Shown: in pieces, positions 1-10,286 of the stretch
Position numbering within the stretch: position 1 is the stretch's first letter
Layout: every line of letters starts with the position of its first letter
DNA from: Bdellovibrio sp.
GTDB taxonomy: Bacteria; Bdellovibrionota; Bdellovibrionia; Bdellovibrionales; Bdellovibrionaceae
Assembly: GCA_036676395.1 (NCBI GenBank)
Contig: JAKFCY010000003.1
Location: 32,001-96,000, forward strand
Length of the DNA: 64,000 nt
Direction: 5' to 3'
The notes under the pieces: generated by a model
Told to the model about the DNA's origin: nothing
The model's input: only the letters and a program-made list of their open reading frames with translations
Database searches by the model: none
Made by a program: the position numbers and the translations under genes

Positions 1-175
1 GTTCTGCTTATTTAAAAACTTTAAAAAACTAAATACACTAATCCTATGCTTGTACCCCAAAAGTCGGCGCTCGCACGACGGCCTTTGGTGGACAAATTCC
101 AATACGGATTTGTCCCTTTTGTCAGACTCATTTCAGTAAGTCCAACCCCAGGTCACAGATTCAAATCGTTTGAAT

Positions 176-1015
176 CTATCCTTTGTTCAACAACTGAAGA
201 GCTAAGCCCGGTTGTTGATTCGCCTGTGCTAGTACTGATGTTCCAGCTTGCAGAAGAATATTCTGTTTCGCTAATTCAGTACTTTCATCCGCGATGTCCG
301 CATCTCTAATGCGTGAATTCGATGCTGACAAGTTCTCTAAGTTCGTTTGCAATCCCTCAACAGTTGAGTTCAATCTGTTTTGGATCGCCCCGAAACCTGC
401 CCGTAGCTGATTCACATAGTTGATCGCGCTATCTACATTGGCTAAGCTGCTCTGAGCAGACGTCTTATCCAAAATACTTGTTAAATCCAATCCCAGTGCG
501 CCCGTACTCGCATCTGTTAGTGTGGCGTCAAAAGAAATTCGGTCAAAGTCGGCCGAGTTCTTTACACCAATCTGGAAGTCCAACAATCCGCCCGTTCCGT
601 TAAGTAATGGCGTTCCGTTAAATTCTGCACTTCCTGTCATACGATCGATTTCTTCTAGTAGCTGCACATACTCGACATTTGCCAATCCGCGCTCTCTGTC
701 CCCGATCGTATCTGATGCTGCTTGCACCCCTAATTCACGTAATCTAATGAGCATGTTACTAACTTCGCTTAATGATCCTTCTGCAGTCTGAATCATTGAG
801 ATACCGTCTTGCGCATTTCTGTTGGCCTGTTTAAGACCTCTCATTTGCGCTTTCATGTTTTCAGAAATCGCTAATCCCGCCGCATCGTCAGATGCTTTGT
901 TGATTCTGTTTCCTGAAGACAATCTGGCCATCGCCGTATCCATTTTGTTCTTCGTACCCCATAATGCCTTTTGAGCATTTAGCGCCGTAACATTTGTACC
1001 AATTCTTAATCCCAT
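176..1015 (-). CDS. fliC: Flagellin (short, ~279 aa)
   Basis: N-terminal RIGTNVTALNA...RLSSGNRINKASDDAAGLAISE and C-terminal SRIRDADIADE...QAGTSVLAQANQ flagellin motifs. Start moved to ATG 1015 behind a GGAGG SD. Confidence 0.97.
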   Translation of the reverse strand: MGLRIGTNVTALNAQKALWGTKNKMDTAMARLSSGNRINKASDDAAGLAISENMKAQMRGLKQANRNAQDGISMIQTAEGSLSEVSNMLIRLRELGVQAASDTIGDRERGLANVEYVQLLEEIDRMTGSAEFNGTPLLNGTGGLLDFQIGVKNSADFDRISFDATLTDASTGALGLDLTSILDKTSAQSSLANVDSAINYVNQLRAGFGAIQNRLNSTVEGLQTNLENLSASNSRIRDADIADESTELAKQNILLQAGTSVLAQANQQPGLALQLLNKG

Positions 1016-1122
1016 AACTTCCTCCATGAAGCTGTTCCGGTGTGTAACTACTCTGTGAGACTCCTGTCTCACTTCGTTTCATACCGAAGCGGTGTATTTT
1101 GAGAATCCATCCTTGAATTCTC
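1016..1122 (-). promoter_or_regulatory. fliC 5' UTR with three GGA-loop hairpins (CsrA-type sites)
   Basis: GAGAATTC-AAGGATG-GATTCTC, GTGAGAC-AGGA-GTCTCAC and GCTTC-ATGGAG-GAAGT, the last holding the SD in its loop. Confidence 0.65.
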
Positions 1123-1146
1123 AGAATCGTATTACTCTTAAACACT

Positions 1147-1173
1147 TTTTCGGATCATCCTGAGAAAACTTGA
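1147..1173 (-). promoter_or_regulatory. sigma28 (FliA)-like promoter of flagellin
   Basis: Minus strand TCAA-N15-TCCGAAAA versus consensus TAAA-N15-GCCGATAA, upstream of fliC. Confidence 0.7.
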
Positions 1174-1361
1174 GACGTTCGTATCAAGAAAGATCACTTT
1201 TGGCCTTTGGTCTGTCCTGTAATGCAATTAAACACGTCCTGACTAAATATTTTTCACATTTCAGGTCTAAGGGCTGTGGGCTCTCTTGCTCTCTCTTTTG
1301 TTCAAAAACCCTGTTTTAGCGTGACTCTGTTGTTAAATTTCAGTAATTTTCATACTCATAT

Positions 1362-2642
1362 ATGGAAATACGCGATCCCATTCACGGTAGTATTTATCTC
1401 TCAGACGGCGAAGAAGCGATCATCGAATCAGTTGAGTTTCAACGTCTGCGCGAAATCAAACAATTAGGTTTTTCTGAATTTAGTTTTCCGGGAGCAACTC
1501 ATAATAGATTTTTACATTCTATTGGTGTGAGCCATGTTTCGGGGTTAGTGTTTGACAGTATTTTCAGAGCGTATCCGTTAAAGTCTTCGAACAAAATTCG
1601 TTTTCGCCAGATGGTCAAATTAGCTGCGTTACTTCATGATGTGGGTCACGGCCCGCTATCACACACGACAGAACAAGTGATGCCCCAGCTTGATAAACTA
1701 AAGATTAAAATCTACCAAGAGCAAGGCGTTGATCAAAATCGCCAGGCCAATCACGAAGACTACACGATCAAGTTTGTGACTGATTCAAATATCGCAGACA
1801 TTATTAAAAAATATTATTCTGATATTGATCCGCTCCATGTGGCTTGTCTGATCGATAAAGAATTAAAATGTTCACCAGACGTTTTTACTGACGGGATCAT
1901 TAACTTCAGACCTTTATTAAGTCAGATTGTTTCAAGCGAACTAGACGCTGATCGTATGGATTATCTAGAACGCGATTCTTATTTCTGCGGAATTAACTAC
2001 GGTAAGATCGATCGCGATTGGTTAGTGCAGAACTTAACTCTACATATTAAAGACCATAATGCTTACTTGGCCCTTAATAGACGCGCACTGTATGCCTTTG
2101 ATGATTTTTTGATTTCTCGTCATCATATGTACCTTATGGTGTACTTTCATCATAAGAGCATTATCTATGATGAAATGCTGAACCTGTACTTAGGTTCTAA
2201 CGAGGCTACTTTTAAAATTCCTGCTGAACTTGAAAGTTATATTCCATACACCGACTACAAACTTTACGAACATTTAGACACGGTTCAAAACCCATGGGCT
2301 AAACGTATTGCTGAACGTAAGCCTTACCGCGTGGCCATCGAATTACATAACCAAGATAAAACCCGCGTTGAAAATGTTCGCCATCTATTAACAGACTCAC
2401 AAATTCATTCAATCTGGGCCAGCTCGGACGTTCGTCTGTCTAAATATCATCAAACGATTTCAGACAATGATATCAACATCTTCGTGGTTGATCAGTACGA
2501 CAAATGGGATAAACCATCCCCAATCAACAACGCGACTCAGATCTTTCAAAAATACGAAGGCTCACGCGTAATCGACCGCGTCTACGTAGCTCCAGAAAAC
2601 TTCGACACCGCAAAAAAAATCCTGAGCGAAAAAAAATATTAG
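1362..2642 (+). CDS. HD-domain phosphohydrolase (SAMHD1/dNTPase-like family)
   Basis: IRDPIHG, FQRLREIKQLG, ATHNRFLHSIG, ALLHDVGHGPLSH and LDADRMDYLERD motifs. Confidence 0.92.
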   Translation: MEIRDPIHGSIYLSDGEEAIIESVEFQRLREIKQLGFSEFSFPGATHNRFLHSIGVSHVSGLVFDSIFRAYPLKSSNKIRFRQMVKLAALLHDVGHGPLSHTTEQVMPQLDKLKIKIYQEQGVDQNRQANHEDYTIKFVTDSNIADIIKKYYSDIDPLHVACLIDKELKCSPDVFTDGIINFRPLLSQIVSSELDADRMDYLERDSYFCGINYGKIDRDWLVQNLTLHIKDHNAYLALNRRALYAFDDFLISRHHMYLMVYFHHKSIIYDEMLNLYLGSNEATFKIPAELESYIPYTDYKLYEHLDTVQNPWAKRIAERKPYRVAIELHNQDKTRVENVRHLLTDSQIHSIWASSDVRLSKYHQTISDNDINIFVVDQYDKWDKPSPINNATQIFQKYEGSRVIDRVYVAPENFDTAKKILSEKKY

Positions 2643-2666
2643 GTGCCAGGCCGTCTTTCTGGTTAC
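2640..2666 (+). repeat. REP-like repeat copy 1
   Basis: TAGGTGCCAGGCCGTCTTTCTGGTTAC; overlaps the TAG of the HD gene and the TAA of the RAYT. Confidence 0.85.
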
Positions 2667-3301
2667 AGCGTGTCATTAACTGAGAAAATTGGCTTATTAT
2701 AATTAGTATCTTTTTTCGATTCGAAAAATTGTTTTGTGAATCCCCATCGAACTGCTTCTAGTTTTTCAGGATTGGGAGCTTTGTTTAACCACTCTAATAT
2801 TCCAACTCGATCCTCGATCAGCAATGTATCTTCAACCAGCGGAATTTTATTTTTAGATATTTTTAATTTACTCTGTAGTGAACTAAACGGATAAGCTTCG
2901 ACAGTATTACAAAGCCCTGCAGCCACTGGATTGCGGTAGTTATATTTATAGGCGCAGAGATAATAGTTATACTCTTGCAATATGCATTTAAAATGCCTTC
3001 CAGCAAAAGTTTCGTTTATTCTATTTCCTTCTCTCGTCAGTCTTTTACTCGTCCGAGTCATAAACTGATGCATGCATTGGCTGATGTTAGCTTCTGGGGT
3101 AGAAGCTATTAAATGAAAATGATTGCTCATCATAACAAAACTGTGAAGTTGCCATCCGTGATCATAGTGTGTACGCGAAAGCTCTTCACAAAAAATATCC
3201 CAAACGATTTCTAACGGAATATTAAACCATTCGCGGTTAATACAGCGCGCACTTATGTTGTATGGAAATTCAGATTGTAATATTGCTTTAACTCGACCCA
3301 T
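2663..3301 (-). mobile_element. REP-associated tyrosine transposase (RAYT, Y1/HUH)
   Basis: PYNISARC N-terminus, HUH motif MSNHFHL, catalytic Tyr region YNYRNPVAAGL and YPFSS. Flanked by inverted REP-like copies. Confidence 0.9.
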
Positions 3302-3382
3302 CCAGCATTCAAAAGCAAAGATGATGACACGACATACTCATTTACTTTTAGTTTTAAGTCCGGAATTCGAATTTAATGCATT

Positions 3383-3409
3383 GTGACCAGAAAGGCGGCC
3401 TGGCACCTA
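3383..3409 (-). repeat. REP-like repeat copy 2
   Basis: Reverse complement TAGGTGCCAGGCCGCCTTTCTGGTCAC; the TAG is the stop of ORF 3407..3682. Confidence 0.85.
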
Positions 3410-3682
3410 TTTCAGAGTACAGGTCTTTTTATAACAGATGACTTTGCGCTTACGTTTATCGATCGGCATACAATCTACATAGGGCATGATTTTTTTCGCA
3501 TGCTCTTCAAATTCAGTTTTATACTTTTTATTAACTGCATCTGGACCACACGCCCCGGCAGCAATAGTACACTCGTTATCTTTGAAGCATTTAAACCAAA
3601 TTGTTTTGTCTGGTTCAGGCCCTGATTCAGCATGAGCTGAACCAACAACCATTACTAAAGATAAAATTAATAAACTACGCAT
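3407..3682 (-). CDS. Small secreted Cys-rich hypothetical protein
   Basis: Signal peptide ending AHA-E, six Cys, GGAG SD. Confidence 0.75.
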   Translation of the reverse strand: MRSLLILSLVMVVGSAHAESGPEPDKTIWFKCFKDNECTIAAGACGPDAVNKKYKTEFEEHAKKIMPYVDCMPIDKRKRKVICYKKTCTLK

Positions 3683-3715
3683 AAAATCTCCATTTTAAGA
3701 TATCTTAGACGCGCC

Positions 3716-3743
3716 GTAACCAGAAAGACGGCCTGGCACGCTA
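3716..3743 (-). repeat. REP-like repeat copy 3
   Basis: Reverse complement TAGCGTGCCAGGCCGTCTTTCTGGTTAC; the TAG is the thiolase stop. Confidence 0.85.
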
Positions 3744-4922
3744 AACTCTTTCAAGAATCATGGCGATACCTTGACCGCCACCGATGCATGCTGAACCGAG
3801 CGCGTACTTTGCCTGGCGCTTTTGTAATTCATACGCCAATAGATTCATAATACGTGTGCCTGAAGCGCCTAGTGGATGTCCCACAGCAATTGCTCCGCCG
3901 CGCACGTTGGTTTTTTCTTTATTTAATTTTAATTCTTTTTCTACGGCTAGGTACTGGGCTGCGAAAGCTTCGTTCACTTCGACTAAATCCATTTGATCTA
4001 TGCCAAGACCTGCGCGCTCTAAGGCTTTTCTTGCTGCTGGTGCTGGGCCGATGCCCATGATTTTTGGATCGCAACCTACTGCGGCCCAAGAAACAATTCT
4101 AGCCATGGGTTTTAAACCGTGTGCTTTTACGAATGATTCGCTGGCGATTAATGAAGTGGCTGCACCGTCGACGATTCCTGAAGCAGTTGCCGCAGTTACT
4201 AAACCATCTTTTTTAAACATAGCCTTCATTGTTCCGATTTTTTCTACTGTGACTTCTGGTTTTGGGTGTTCATCTTTATCGATGATCACTTCACCTTTTT
4301 TAGTCGTGATTTTTACAGGCGTGATTTCATCTTTGAAAAGACCAGCCTCTAAAGCTTTTTTATATTTTTGCTGAGTAAAAACTGAGTATTCATCACATTG
4401 TTGTCTGGTGATGCCATACATCTCACCTAGATTTTCTGCAGTGATCGCCATCGGCGTACCTGTATAAAGATCAGTTAATGCTGAAGTCATTGCATCTTCT
4501 AGTTCGAAATTTCCCATGCGCATACCATCAAATCTAACTTTTCTTGCGACATACGGGATTTGTGACATTTGTTCTACGCCACCGGCTAAGATACATTGGG
4601 CTTGGCCAGTTAAAATCATTTCTGCCGCATTCGCGATAGATTGAAATCCTGAGCCGCATAAACGATTAATTAAATAAGCACCGCGCTCAACCGGGATTCC
4701 TAATTTTAATCCGACGTGACGTGCAACGTAGGCAGCATCGGCTCCGCTTTGTACGACATTACCAATAATTGTGTGATCGATTTTATCTGCAGTGATACCT
4801 GCAGCTTCTAATGTGGCTTTGCCTGCTGCGACTGTTAAGTCAGTTGCCGACACATCTTTTAAACCACCACCAAATGAACCAAACGCTGTTCTTTTACCAG
4901 ATACTAAATAAATTTTTTCCAT
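3741..4922 (-). CDS. Acetyl-CoA C-acyltransferase (thiolase)
   Basis: NRLCGSG active Cys, [19 protein letters not shown] and CIGGGQG motifs. Confidence 0.96.
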   Translation of the reverse strand: MEKIYLVSGKRTAFGSFGGGLKDVSATDLTVAAGKATLEAAGITADKIDHTIIGNVVQSGADAAYVARHVGLKLGIPVERGAYLINRLCGSGFQSIANAAEMILTGQAQCILAGGVEQMSQIPYVARKVRFDGMRMGNFELEDAMTSALTDLYTGTPMAITAENLGEMYGITRQQCDEYSVFTQQKYKKALEAGLFKDEITPVKITTKKGEVIIDKDEHPKPEVTVEKIGTMKAMFKKDGLVTAATASGIVDGAATSLIASESFVKAHGLKPMARIVSWAAVGCDPKIMGIGPAPAARKALERAGLGIDQMDLVEVNEAFAAQYLAVEKELKLNKEKTNVRGGAIAVGHPLGASGTRIMNLLAYELQKRQAKYALGSACIGGGQGIAMILERV

Positions 4923-4961
4923 ACGTTATTAGATCTTAGAAATTCAGACGAGACAATGAAA

Positions 4962-5528
4962 TTACCATTTCCATTTAAGCGATACGGCAGACTTCTGTTC
5001 GTGATTAGACATTTCGTGCGAAAGCACTAAATCATTTTTATCAGATAAGGCTTCTGAGACTTCTGCTGCTGCGCGCGCTGCTTTTAAATCGTAATTAAGT
5101 GCGGCATTTACCCAGCCTGTGTATTGAATCTTAGCTAAAGCCTGAATAGCTAAAACTTTAAAATTGAAGCGGTGATTAACTTGATTTTCGTCTTTAAACG
5201 AAGCTTCAACGTTTAATTTTTTCTCTGCTGATTCAACGGCTTTCCCTGCTGTTGAATGACGAAGTGGCGAATGTTTCCAGTATAATGATAAACTGTTATC
5301 AGCCACTTTTGTTAAAAAAGACTGCGAAGTTTCATCTGCAGAGATTCGTTCTGGCAAAATTTCGCCAGCAAAAACATCCGATAATGATTCCGCACCAGTC
5401 TTTGCCGGTAATACTAATTTTTTCGTGTTCGCAACATTCACTTTTGCCGAGGCCAAACTGCCCAAGCTAGAGCACAAGCTAAAAACTGAAAACATTGTAA
5501 ATACGGTTAAAACGAATCTCACAACCAT
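4962..5528 (-). CDS. Hypothetical exported protein with beta-strand-rich C-terminus ending in W
   Basis: Hydrophobic N-terminus from ATG 5528; C-terminal VSLKWKW resembles an outer-membrane beta-signal. Confidence 0.65.
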   Translation of the reverse strand: MVVRFVLTVFTMFSVFSLCSSLGSLASAKVNVANTKKLVLPAKTGAESLSDVFAGEILPERISADETSQSFLTKVADNSLSLYWKHSPLRHSTAGKAVESAEKKLNVEASFKDENQVNHRFNFKVLAIQALAKIQYTGWVNAALNYDLKAARAAAEVSEALSDKNDLVLSHEMSNHEQKSAVSLKWKW

Positions 5529-5703
5529 ACCAGATATATATTCAAGTCCTGGGCCACTCCTAGACGGTGGCAAAGCGACCTATTCGACCTAATAGGCTTA
5601 TTATGAGACACACTGTCAAACCAGTTGCCAGGTGGTGATATTGTTTTAACCTAAGAGTCAGGTTGATACGTCTTAGAAGTACAAGCTTCAAGGAGGAGGC
5701 AAC

Positions 5704-5838
5704 ATGAACAAAACAATGTTTTTCTTAATGGCCGCTATGGTATTTTTCGCATTCTTTTCAGGGTGTGCTTCGATCCAAAATTCAGAAAGCAAACCTAGCA
5801 CTAGAGTAACCAATTACGATCGACTTCCGTTTCTATAA
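5704..5838 (+). CDS. Small lipoprotein, 44 aa (absent from the ORF track)
   Basis: AGGAGGAGG SD; MNKTMFFLMAAMVFFAFFSG-CASIQ... with an FSGC lipobox. Confidence 0.75.
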   Translation: MNKTMFFLMAAMVFFAFFSGCASIQNSESKPSTRVTNYDRLPFL

Positions 5839-5883
5839 TATTACATTTGATTCAGCATACAAACTCAATAACAATGGGTTTGT

Positions 5884-6948
5884 ATGCGTGACCAATCTTT
5901 AAAATTAATTTTATTTTCTATTTGTTTTCTAATTACTTCGAGCCTTCAGGCGCAAATTTCTGTCGGTTTAAGAGAATCCGCAATGGGTAACAGTGGCGCG
6001 GCCATCACTGAATCGTCAGCCCCTTCATTTTACAATCCAGCACTATTAGCTGAACGACAAAAAAGTTATTTCAGTGTCACTGGAACAACTTTAACTTCGT
6101 TTAAATCTAAAAGTGATACTGAAGAATTCAATTCAACAAAGTTTGCGCCGAATTATTTGTCGAGTATTCATGCCTTTGAAAATTATGTTCACGAATTTTC
6201 GCTAGTTAACCAGATCTCACTTGATGCCAGAACATCTTCACCTATCACCGATGGCTCAAGAAACACGAGCCTTAGAACAGACCAGTACAACCTGGCTTAT
6301 TCTTTTGCGTTTCGAAATTTTCCGTTCGGATTTCAGTTAGGTCTGCGCATTAATGAAAGCAGCTTTAATGTTAATCAATCCACCAATGATGGCAACATTG
6401 CAACCGGCGCTAATTTCGATATCTCGCGAAGAACCGGACATTTGTTCGCAGGCTTTGGCGGCATTCACCAATTTGGCAGCAGCTATCGTTTTGGTTATAA
6501 ATATGAATCAACTGGATTACGCGTTTATGATAAAACTGAACAGGCTGGATCATATTATTATTACGATAAAGGTAATAACTTATTTACGTCAGGCCAAACA
6601 GAAGGTTCAGTTGCCGATAACCCTATCTACACACAAGCTGTCATCTTAGGGCACAGTTTTTTAGTGGCTGATCATGAGTTTCTAACTGATTCACGGTTCA
6701 ATGCAACTGATGCAAGTGAAAATACTTATAATTTTTTTCAAACTTTTGGATACAAATTAAACTTCTCGAATCAAATGCAATTCATGACCGGTGCCTCTTA
6801 TGAATTCGACACCAATGCAAAATATGTTTCTGCGGGGTATTCTTGGCTGACAAACACTTTACGTTCAACGATCAGCGCTTATCACGCCGAAGATGGCAGC
6901 GATATGCAATCGACCGGATTTACCTTCGGCAGTGAATTTATTTATTAA
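5884..6948 (+). CDS. Outer-membrane beta-barrel protein (FadL-like N-terminus)
   Basis: Signal peptide; GLRESAMGNSGAA...FYNPALL FadL/PorV-like motif; aromatic C-terminus. Confidence 0.7.
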   Translation: MRDQSLKLILFSICFLITSSLQAQISVGLRESAMGNSGAAITESSAPSFYNPALLAERQKSYFSVTGTTLTSFKSKSDTEEFNSTKFAPNYLSSIHAFENYVHEFSLVNQISLDARTSSPITDGSRNTSLRTDQYNLAYSFAFRNFPFGFQLGLRINESSFNVNQSTNDGNIATGANFDISRRTGHLFAGFGGIHQFGSSYRFGYKYESTGLRVYDKTEQAGSYYYYDKGNNLFTSGQTEGSVADNPIYTQAVILGHSFLVADHEFLTDSRFNATDASENTYNFFQTFGYKLNFSNQMQFMTGASYEFDTNAKYVSAGYSWLTNTLRSTISAYHAEDGSDMQSTGFTFGSEFIY

Positions 6949-8221
6949 TCGTCACGCTTTCAAATAATGTTCCGATAGTGCGCTGCAAATTAAAATGCAT
7001 TGAAACTAAATTTCTTTTTAGCTGCAAATTTGATTGCCAGTAATTAGAACGTGTATCGATTGCGGCGATCATATCTTTAAATTCAACATCTTCGCCTTTT
7101 TCAATTTTACGAAATATTTCTGTAATACGCGCATCGGCTTGCTGTAAATTTTTTTGTTGCAAGCTATGTAAACGCTCTAGATTAACTAAGGCTTGATAGC
7201 GCGAATTTAAGCTGTATTGCACATCAGCTAAAGTGGCATCGCGTTCACTGCGAGTCGCCGCCAAATCTTTATTACCGGCACGGTTACGATACATAGAACC
7301 AGCACCAATGGTGTACGTTACTGAAACGCCCACGTAAGCACCTTTTGAATGCATGGGATCACTGCCCGATGTACGCGTATTGTTACCACTGTAGCTGGCA
7401 TTTAAATCAACTTGCGGACGAAACATTCGTCTTTTATCAGCTTCACGTTCATGCGTTTCTGCGGCCAAACGATGATCCATACTTTGAATATCCGGACTTT
7501 TACTTAAAGCTAATTCAAAAGCTTGTTCAGCATTATTCGGAATCGTTAATCCTTTGCGCATTTGCTCTAAATTTTCCAGGCTTGAAGCCTGTGGAGCGGC
7601 CAATGTCGTAAAGTAAGTAAAATCTTTTTGCGCCTCGCTAATACCGAAATCAACATTAACGTTAGCTGTCTGCATATCATTGATTCTTTGATCCAGAGTT
7701 TTTCCTTCTTCTTCATTCAGCGATGCTTTTTTCAAAAACTCTAATTTTTTTTCCAGATCAACAACAAAACTTTTTTGCTCATAATTTTCTACAAGTCCAA
7801 TGTAGGCCTCAAAAACCGAACTAGCAAAACTTCCACGCGTATTCGGAATACGTGAATTACTTGAATTATATTCGGCATCCATAGCCTTTAAGCGCTCTTC
7901 AGAAGCACGCAGTGATTCAACATCGGCGCCGCCATTATAAAGATTCATTGAGATGCCAACGCTATTACTACGCCCAGTCGAGCGATTTGTTCCCGGAACA
8001 CCACCGGTTTGCCTGGTCGAATGATAAACCGAACTTGAAATATTCAGCGAGGGAAATAAATCCATGTATTGAGCTTTTTTACGATCTTGCATAGCCTGCA
8101 CGCGCAGATCTATAGCTGCTGTACGCGGATTATTTTGAATAGCGCTTTTAATCGCATCTTTTAATCCGATGCCATAAGATGTAGAGGCGCTCAACGTAAC
8201 GTACAAAATCAGCTTTTTCAT
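6938..8221 (-). CDS. TolC-family outer-membrane efflux protein
   Basis: L-x-DAIKSAIQNNP, LFPSLNIS, NLYNGG and a second repeat ALSKSPD...RPQVDL. Confidence 0.85.
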   Translation of the reverse strand: MKKLILYVTLSASTSYGIGLKDAIKSAIQNNPRTAAIDLRVQAMQDRKKAQYMDLFPSLNISSSVYHSTRQTGGVPGTNRSTGRSNSVGISMNLYNGGADVESLRASEERLKAMDAEYNSSNSRIPNTRGSFASSVFEAYIGLVENYEQKSFVVDLEKKLEFLKKASLNEEEGKTLDQRINDMQTANVNVDFGISEAQKDFTYFTTLAAPQASSLENLEQMRKGLTIPNNAEQAFELALSKSPDIQSMDHRLAAETHEREADKRRMFRPQVDLNASYSGNNTRTSGSDPMHSKGAYVGVSVTYTIGAGSMYRNRAGNKDLAATRSERDATLADVQYSLNSRYQALVNLERLHSLQQKNLQQADARITEIFRKIEKGEDVEFKDMIAAIDTRSNYWQSNLQLKRNLVSMHFNLQRTIGTLFESVTINK

Positions 8222-8242
8222 ATTTGCTCCTGAACCGGAGTT

Positions 8243-8258
8243 TACAAAGATTATGCCG
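8243..8258 (-). promoter_or_regulatory. Possible sigma54 promoter of the TolC gene
   Basis: CGGCAT-AATCT-TTGTA versus consensus TGGCAC-N5-TTGCW. Confidence 0.35.
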
Positions 8259-8327
8259 AAGCCTATTCGATTAAGTTAGAAATGAGTGTCTTATTTTTAG
8301 ACACTGAACGACGATTTGCTGATCTTG

Positions 8328-9332
8328 TTATTCGTTATCTAAAATATAGTTCGCTGGATTTACGGCGATACCGTTTACGCGAACTTCATAATGACAGTGC
8401 GGACCAGTTGATCTACCTGTACTGCCAACTGCAGCAATCACATCGTAACGTGAAACTTTTTGTCCCACTTGCACAAAGATTTGTGAGTTATGCGCAAAAC
8501 GCGTTAGCACGCCATAACCGTGATCAATCGAAACAAGCTTACCGAATTGATCATCCCAGCCGGCAAAACTTACGATTCCATCAGCTGGCGCACGCACTGG
8601 TGTTCCCGGAGGAGCCGTAATATCTAAACCCGCATGCATTTTTTGACGACCGTTGATCGGATCAATACGATAACCAAAACGTGAGCCGATCGGTCCACGT
8701 GCTGGTTGAATACTTGGAGTTGCTGCCAATAAACTTTGGCGATCTGATAACAGCTCCCATAATTCAATCACAGATTGTTCTTTTAAATTAGAATCTTTCA
8801 CCGCTTGATCAATACGAATCACAAGAGACGCATAATTTGCTGAAGATTTTTCTGAAGCCACTTCACCCTTCATAGGATTTAATGGAGTTTCAGTTTCAAT
8901 GACGGGATCATCGCGCTCCATATCATCTAAACTCATACGCGGATTTGGATCATCAAGCCTTGAACCCACCACTTGCGCTGCCGGAAAATTTAATTTTTCT
9001 GGACGGTCTTTTAACTGAACATCTGTAATTAATTTTAATTTGTTAGAAACATTTGTGACCCGGTCCATCGCTGATTGCAATGAATCAAGTTTGGCTTCAA
9101 CCACCTGAAACTGGTTTTTTAATTCGATGTTTTCTAGTTTTAATTTTTTATTTTCTAATGACTGAGCTAACAAACCGAAATAATCAATGAAGCCCGCCAT
9201 TAATAACACGACAAAAAGACCTACAAAAAATAACGAGATTTTAAAATAGGCGACCGGTAAGCTGATCTTTTTAGTTTCGCTTTCATTACTGGTCACAAAA
9301 TAAAGAGTGATCTGTTTACGTGGTTCGCTCAT
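8328..9332 (-). CDS. M23 family metallopeptidase with N-terminal TM and coiled coil
   Basis: HAGLD, GSTGRSTGPHCHYEV motifs. Confidence 0.93.
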   Translation of the reverse strand: MSEPRKQITLYFVTSNESETKKISLPVAYFKISLFFVGLFVVLLMAGFIDYFGLLAQSLENKKLKLENIELKNQFQVVEAKLDSLQSAMDRVTNVSNKLKLITDVQLKDRPEKLNFPAAQVVGSRLDDPNPRMSLDDMERDDPVIETETPLNPMKGEVASEKSSANYASLVIRIDQAVKDSNLKEQSVIELWELLSDRQSLLAATPSIQPARGPIGSRFGYRIDPINGRQKMHAGLDITAPPGTPVRAPADGIVSFAGWDDQFGKLVSIDHGYGVLTRFAHNSQIFVQVGQKVSRYDVIAAVGSTGRSTGPHCHYEVRVNGIAVNPANYILDNE

Positions 9333-9339
9333 GCATTTT

Positions 9340-10065
9340 TTATGTTTCGCTGAAATTCAACACAAGAACTGTGACGTTGTCATCACCGCCGTGAGCTAAT
9401 GCCTGCTGAATAAACATCGGAGTAGTTTTATCCGGAGTATTGTCATTAAAAATCTGGCACATCTCCTGATCAGTGATCATTCCGGTTAAACCATCTGAGC
9501 ACATTAGAAAAATATCACCAGGTGAAACTTCGCGTTCAATAATATCTGGATACACATCACGTTCAAAACCCACACTGCGGGTAATAACGTTTTTACCGAT
9601 GGTGGCTTTGGCTTTTTCTTCAGATAAAAATCCAAGACGAATTTGTTCATTAATTAAAGAATGATCTTCGGTTAATTGCCACACGTAAGGTTTACGGTAC
9701 AAATAACAACGGCTATCACCCACGTTAGCAATGTATAATCGTGAATCACGAAAATAACCCATCACCATCGTTGTGCCCATACCATTTAATTTTGATTCTT
9801 GAGCGGCACGATCGAAAATCCGATGTGAAGCTTCTTGGTACGCCTGCATTAACACTTCTCGCGGAGAAAATTGTAACGCTTTCGGATGTCCCAAAACTTC
9901 GCGAACAGTCTCAACTGCTAGGGCAGAAGCGACCTCGCCGCCCATGTGACCACCCACGCCATCTGCGACTACAAAAACACCAATTCGTTCGTCAATCAGA
10001 AACGAATCCTGATTGCCGGAGCGTTTAAGCCCTTTATCTGTTAAGCACCAACATTGAAATCTCAT
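9340..10065 (-). CDS. PP2C-family Ser/Thr protein phosphatase
   Basis: NQDS, VADGVGGH, NVGDSR, CSDGLT and GGDDNVT motifs. Confidence 0.95.
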   Translation of the reverse strand: MRFQCWCLTDKGLKRSGNQDSFLIDERIGVFVVADGVGGHMGGEVASALAVETVREVLGHPKALQFSPREVLMQAYQEASHRIFDRAAQESKLNGMGTTMVMGYFRDSRLYIANVGDSRCYLYRKPYVWQLTEDHSLINEQIRLGFLSEEKAKATIGKNVITRSVGFERDVYPDIIEREVSPGDIFLMCSDGLTGMITDQEMCQIFNDNTPDKTTPMFIQQALAHGGDDNVTVLVLNFSET

Positions 10066-10286
10066 TCCTATACAGTGTCATGGCGATTACCATCCGAGTC
10101 AAAGGGCACAAATTAAACCATTACTTATGGCCTACCTAGACACTGGTCTAGTTCTTAAAAAATACGACTAAAGGTCATCACCGAAACCTCAATTTCAAAC
10201 GTCATACAACCGATAGTCTAGTAAGAGATTTGCTTAACTATCTAGTGTAACAAAAAACAAACACTAGCTACCAAACAAAGGTCGAT

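Noticed and set aside
1362..2642. HD protein as an anti-phage dNTPase
   Set aside because: It sits in housekeeping context with no defence neighbours, and the family is widespread; nothing in the sequence supports a defence role.
2663..3301. IS200/IS605 element with TnpB
   Set aside because: There is no tnpB. The length, the NPVAAG motif and the dispersed flanking repeats indicate a RAYT.
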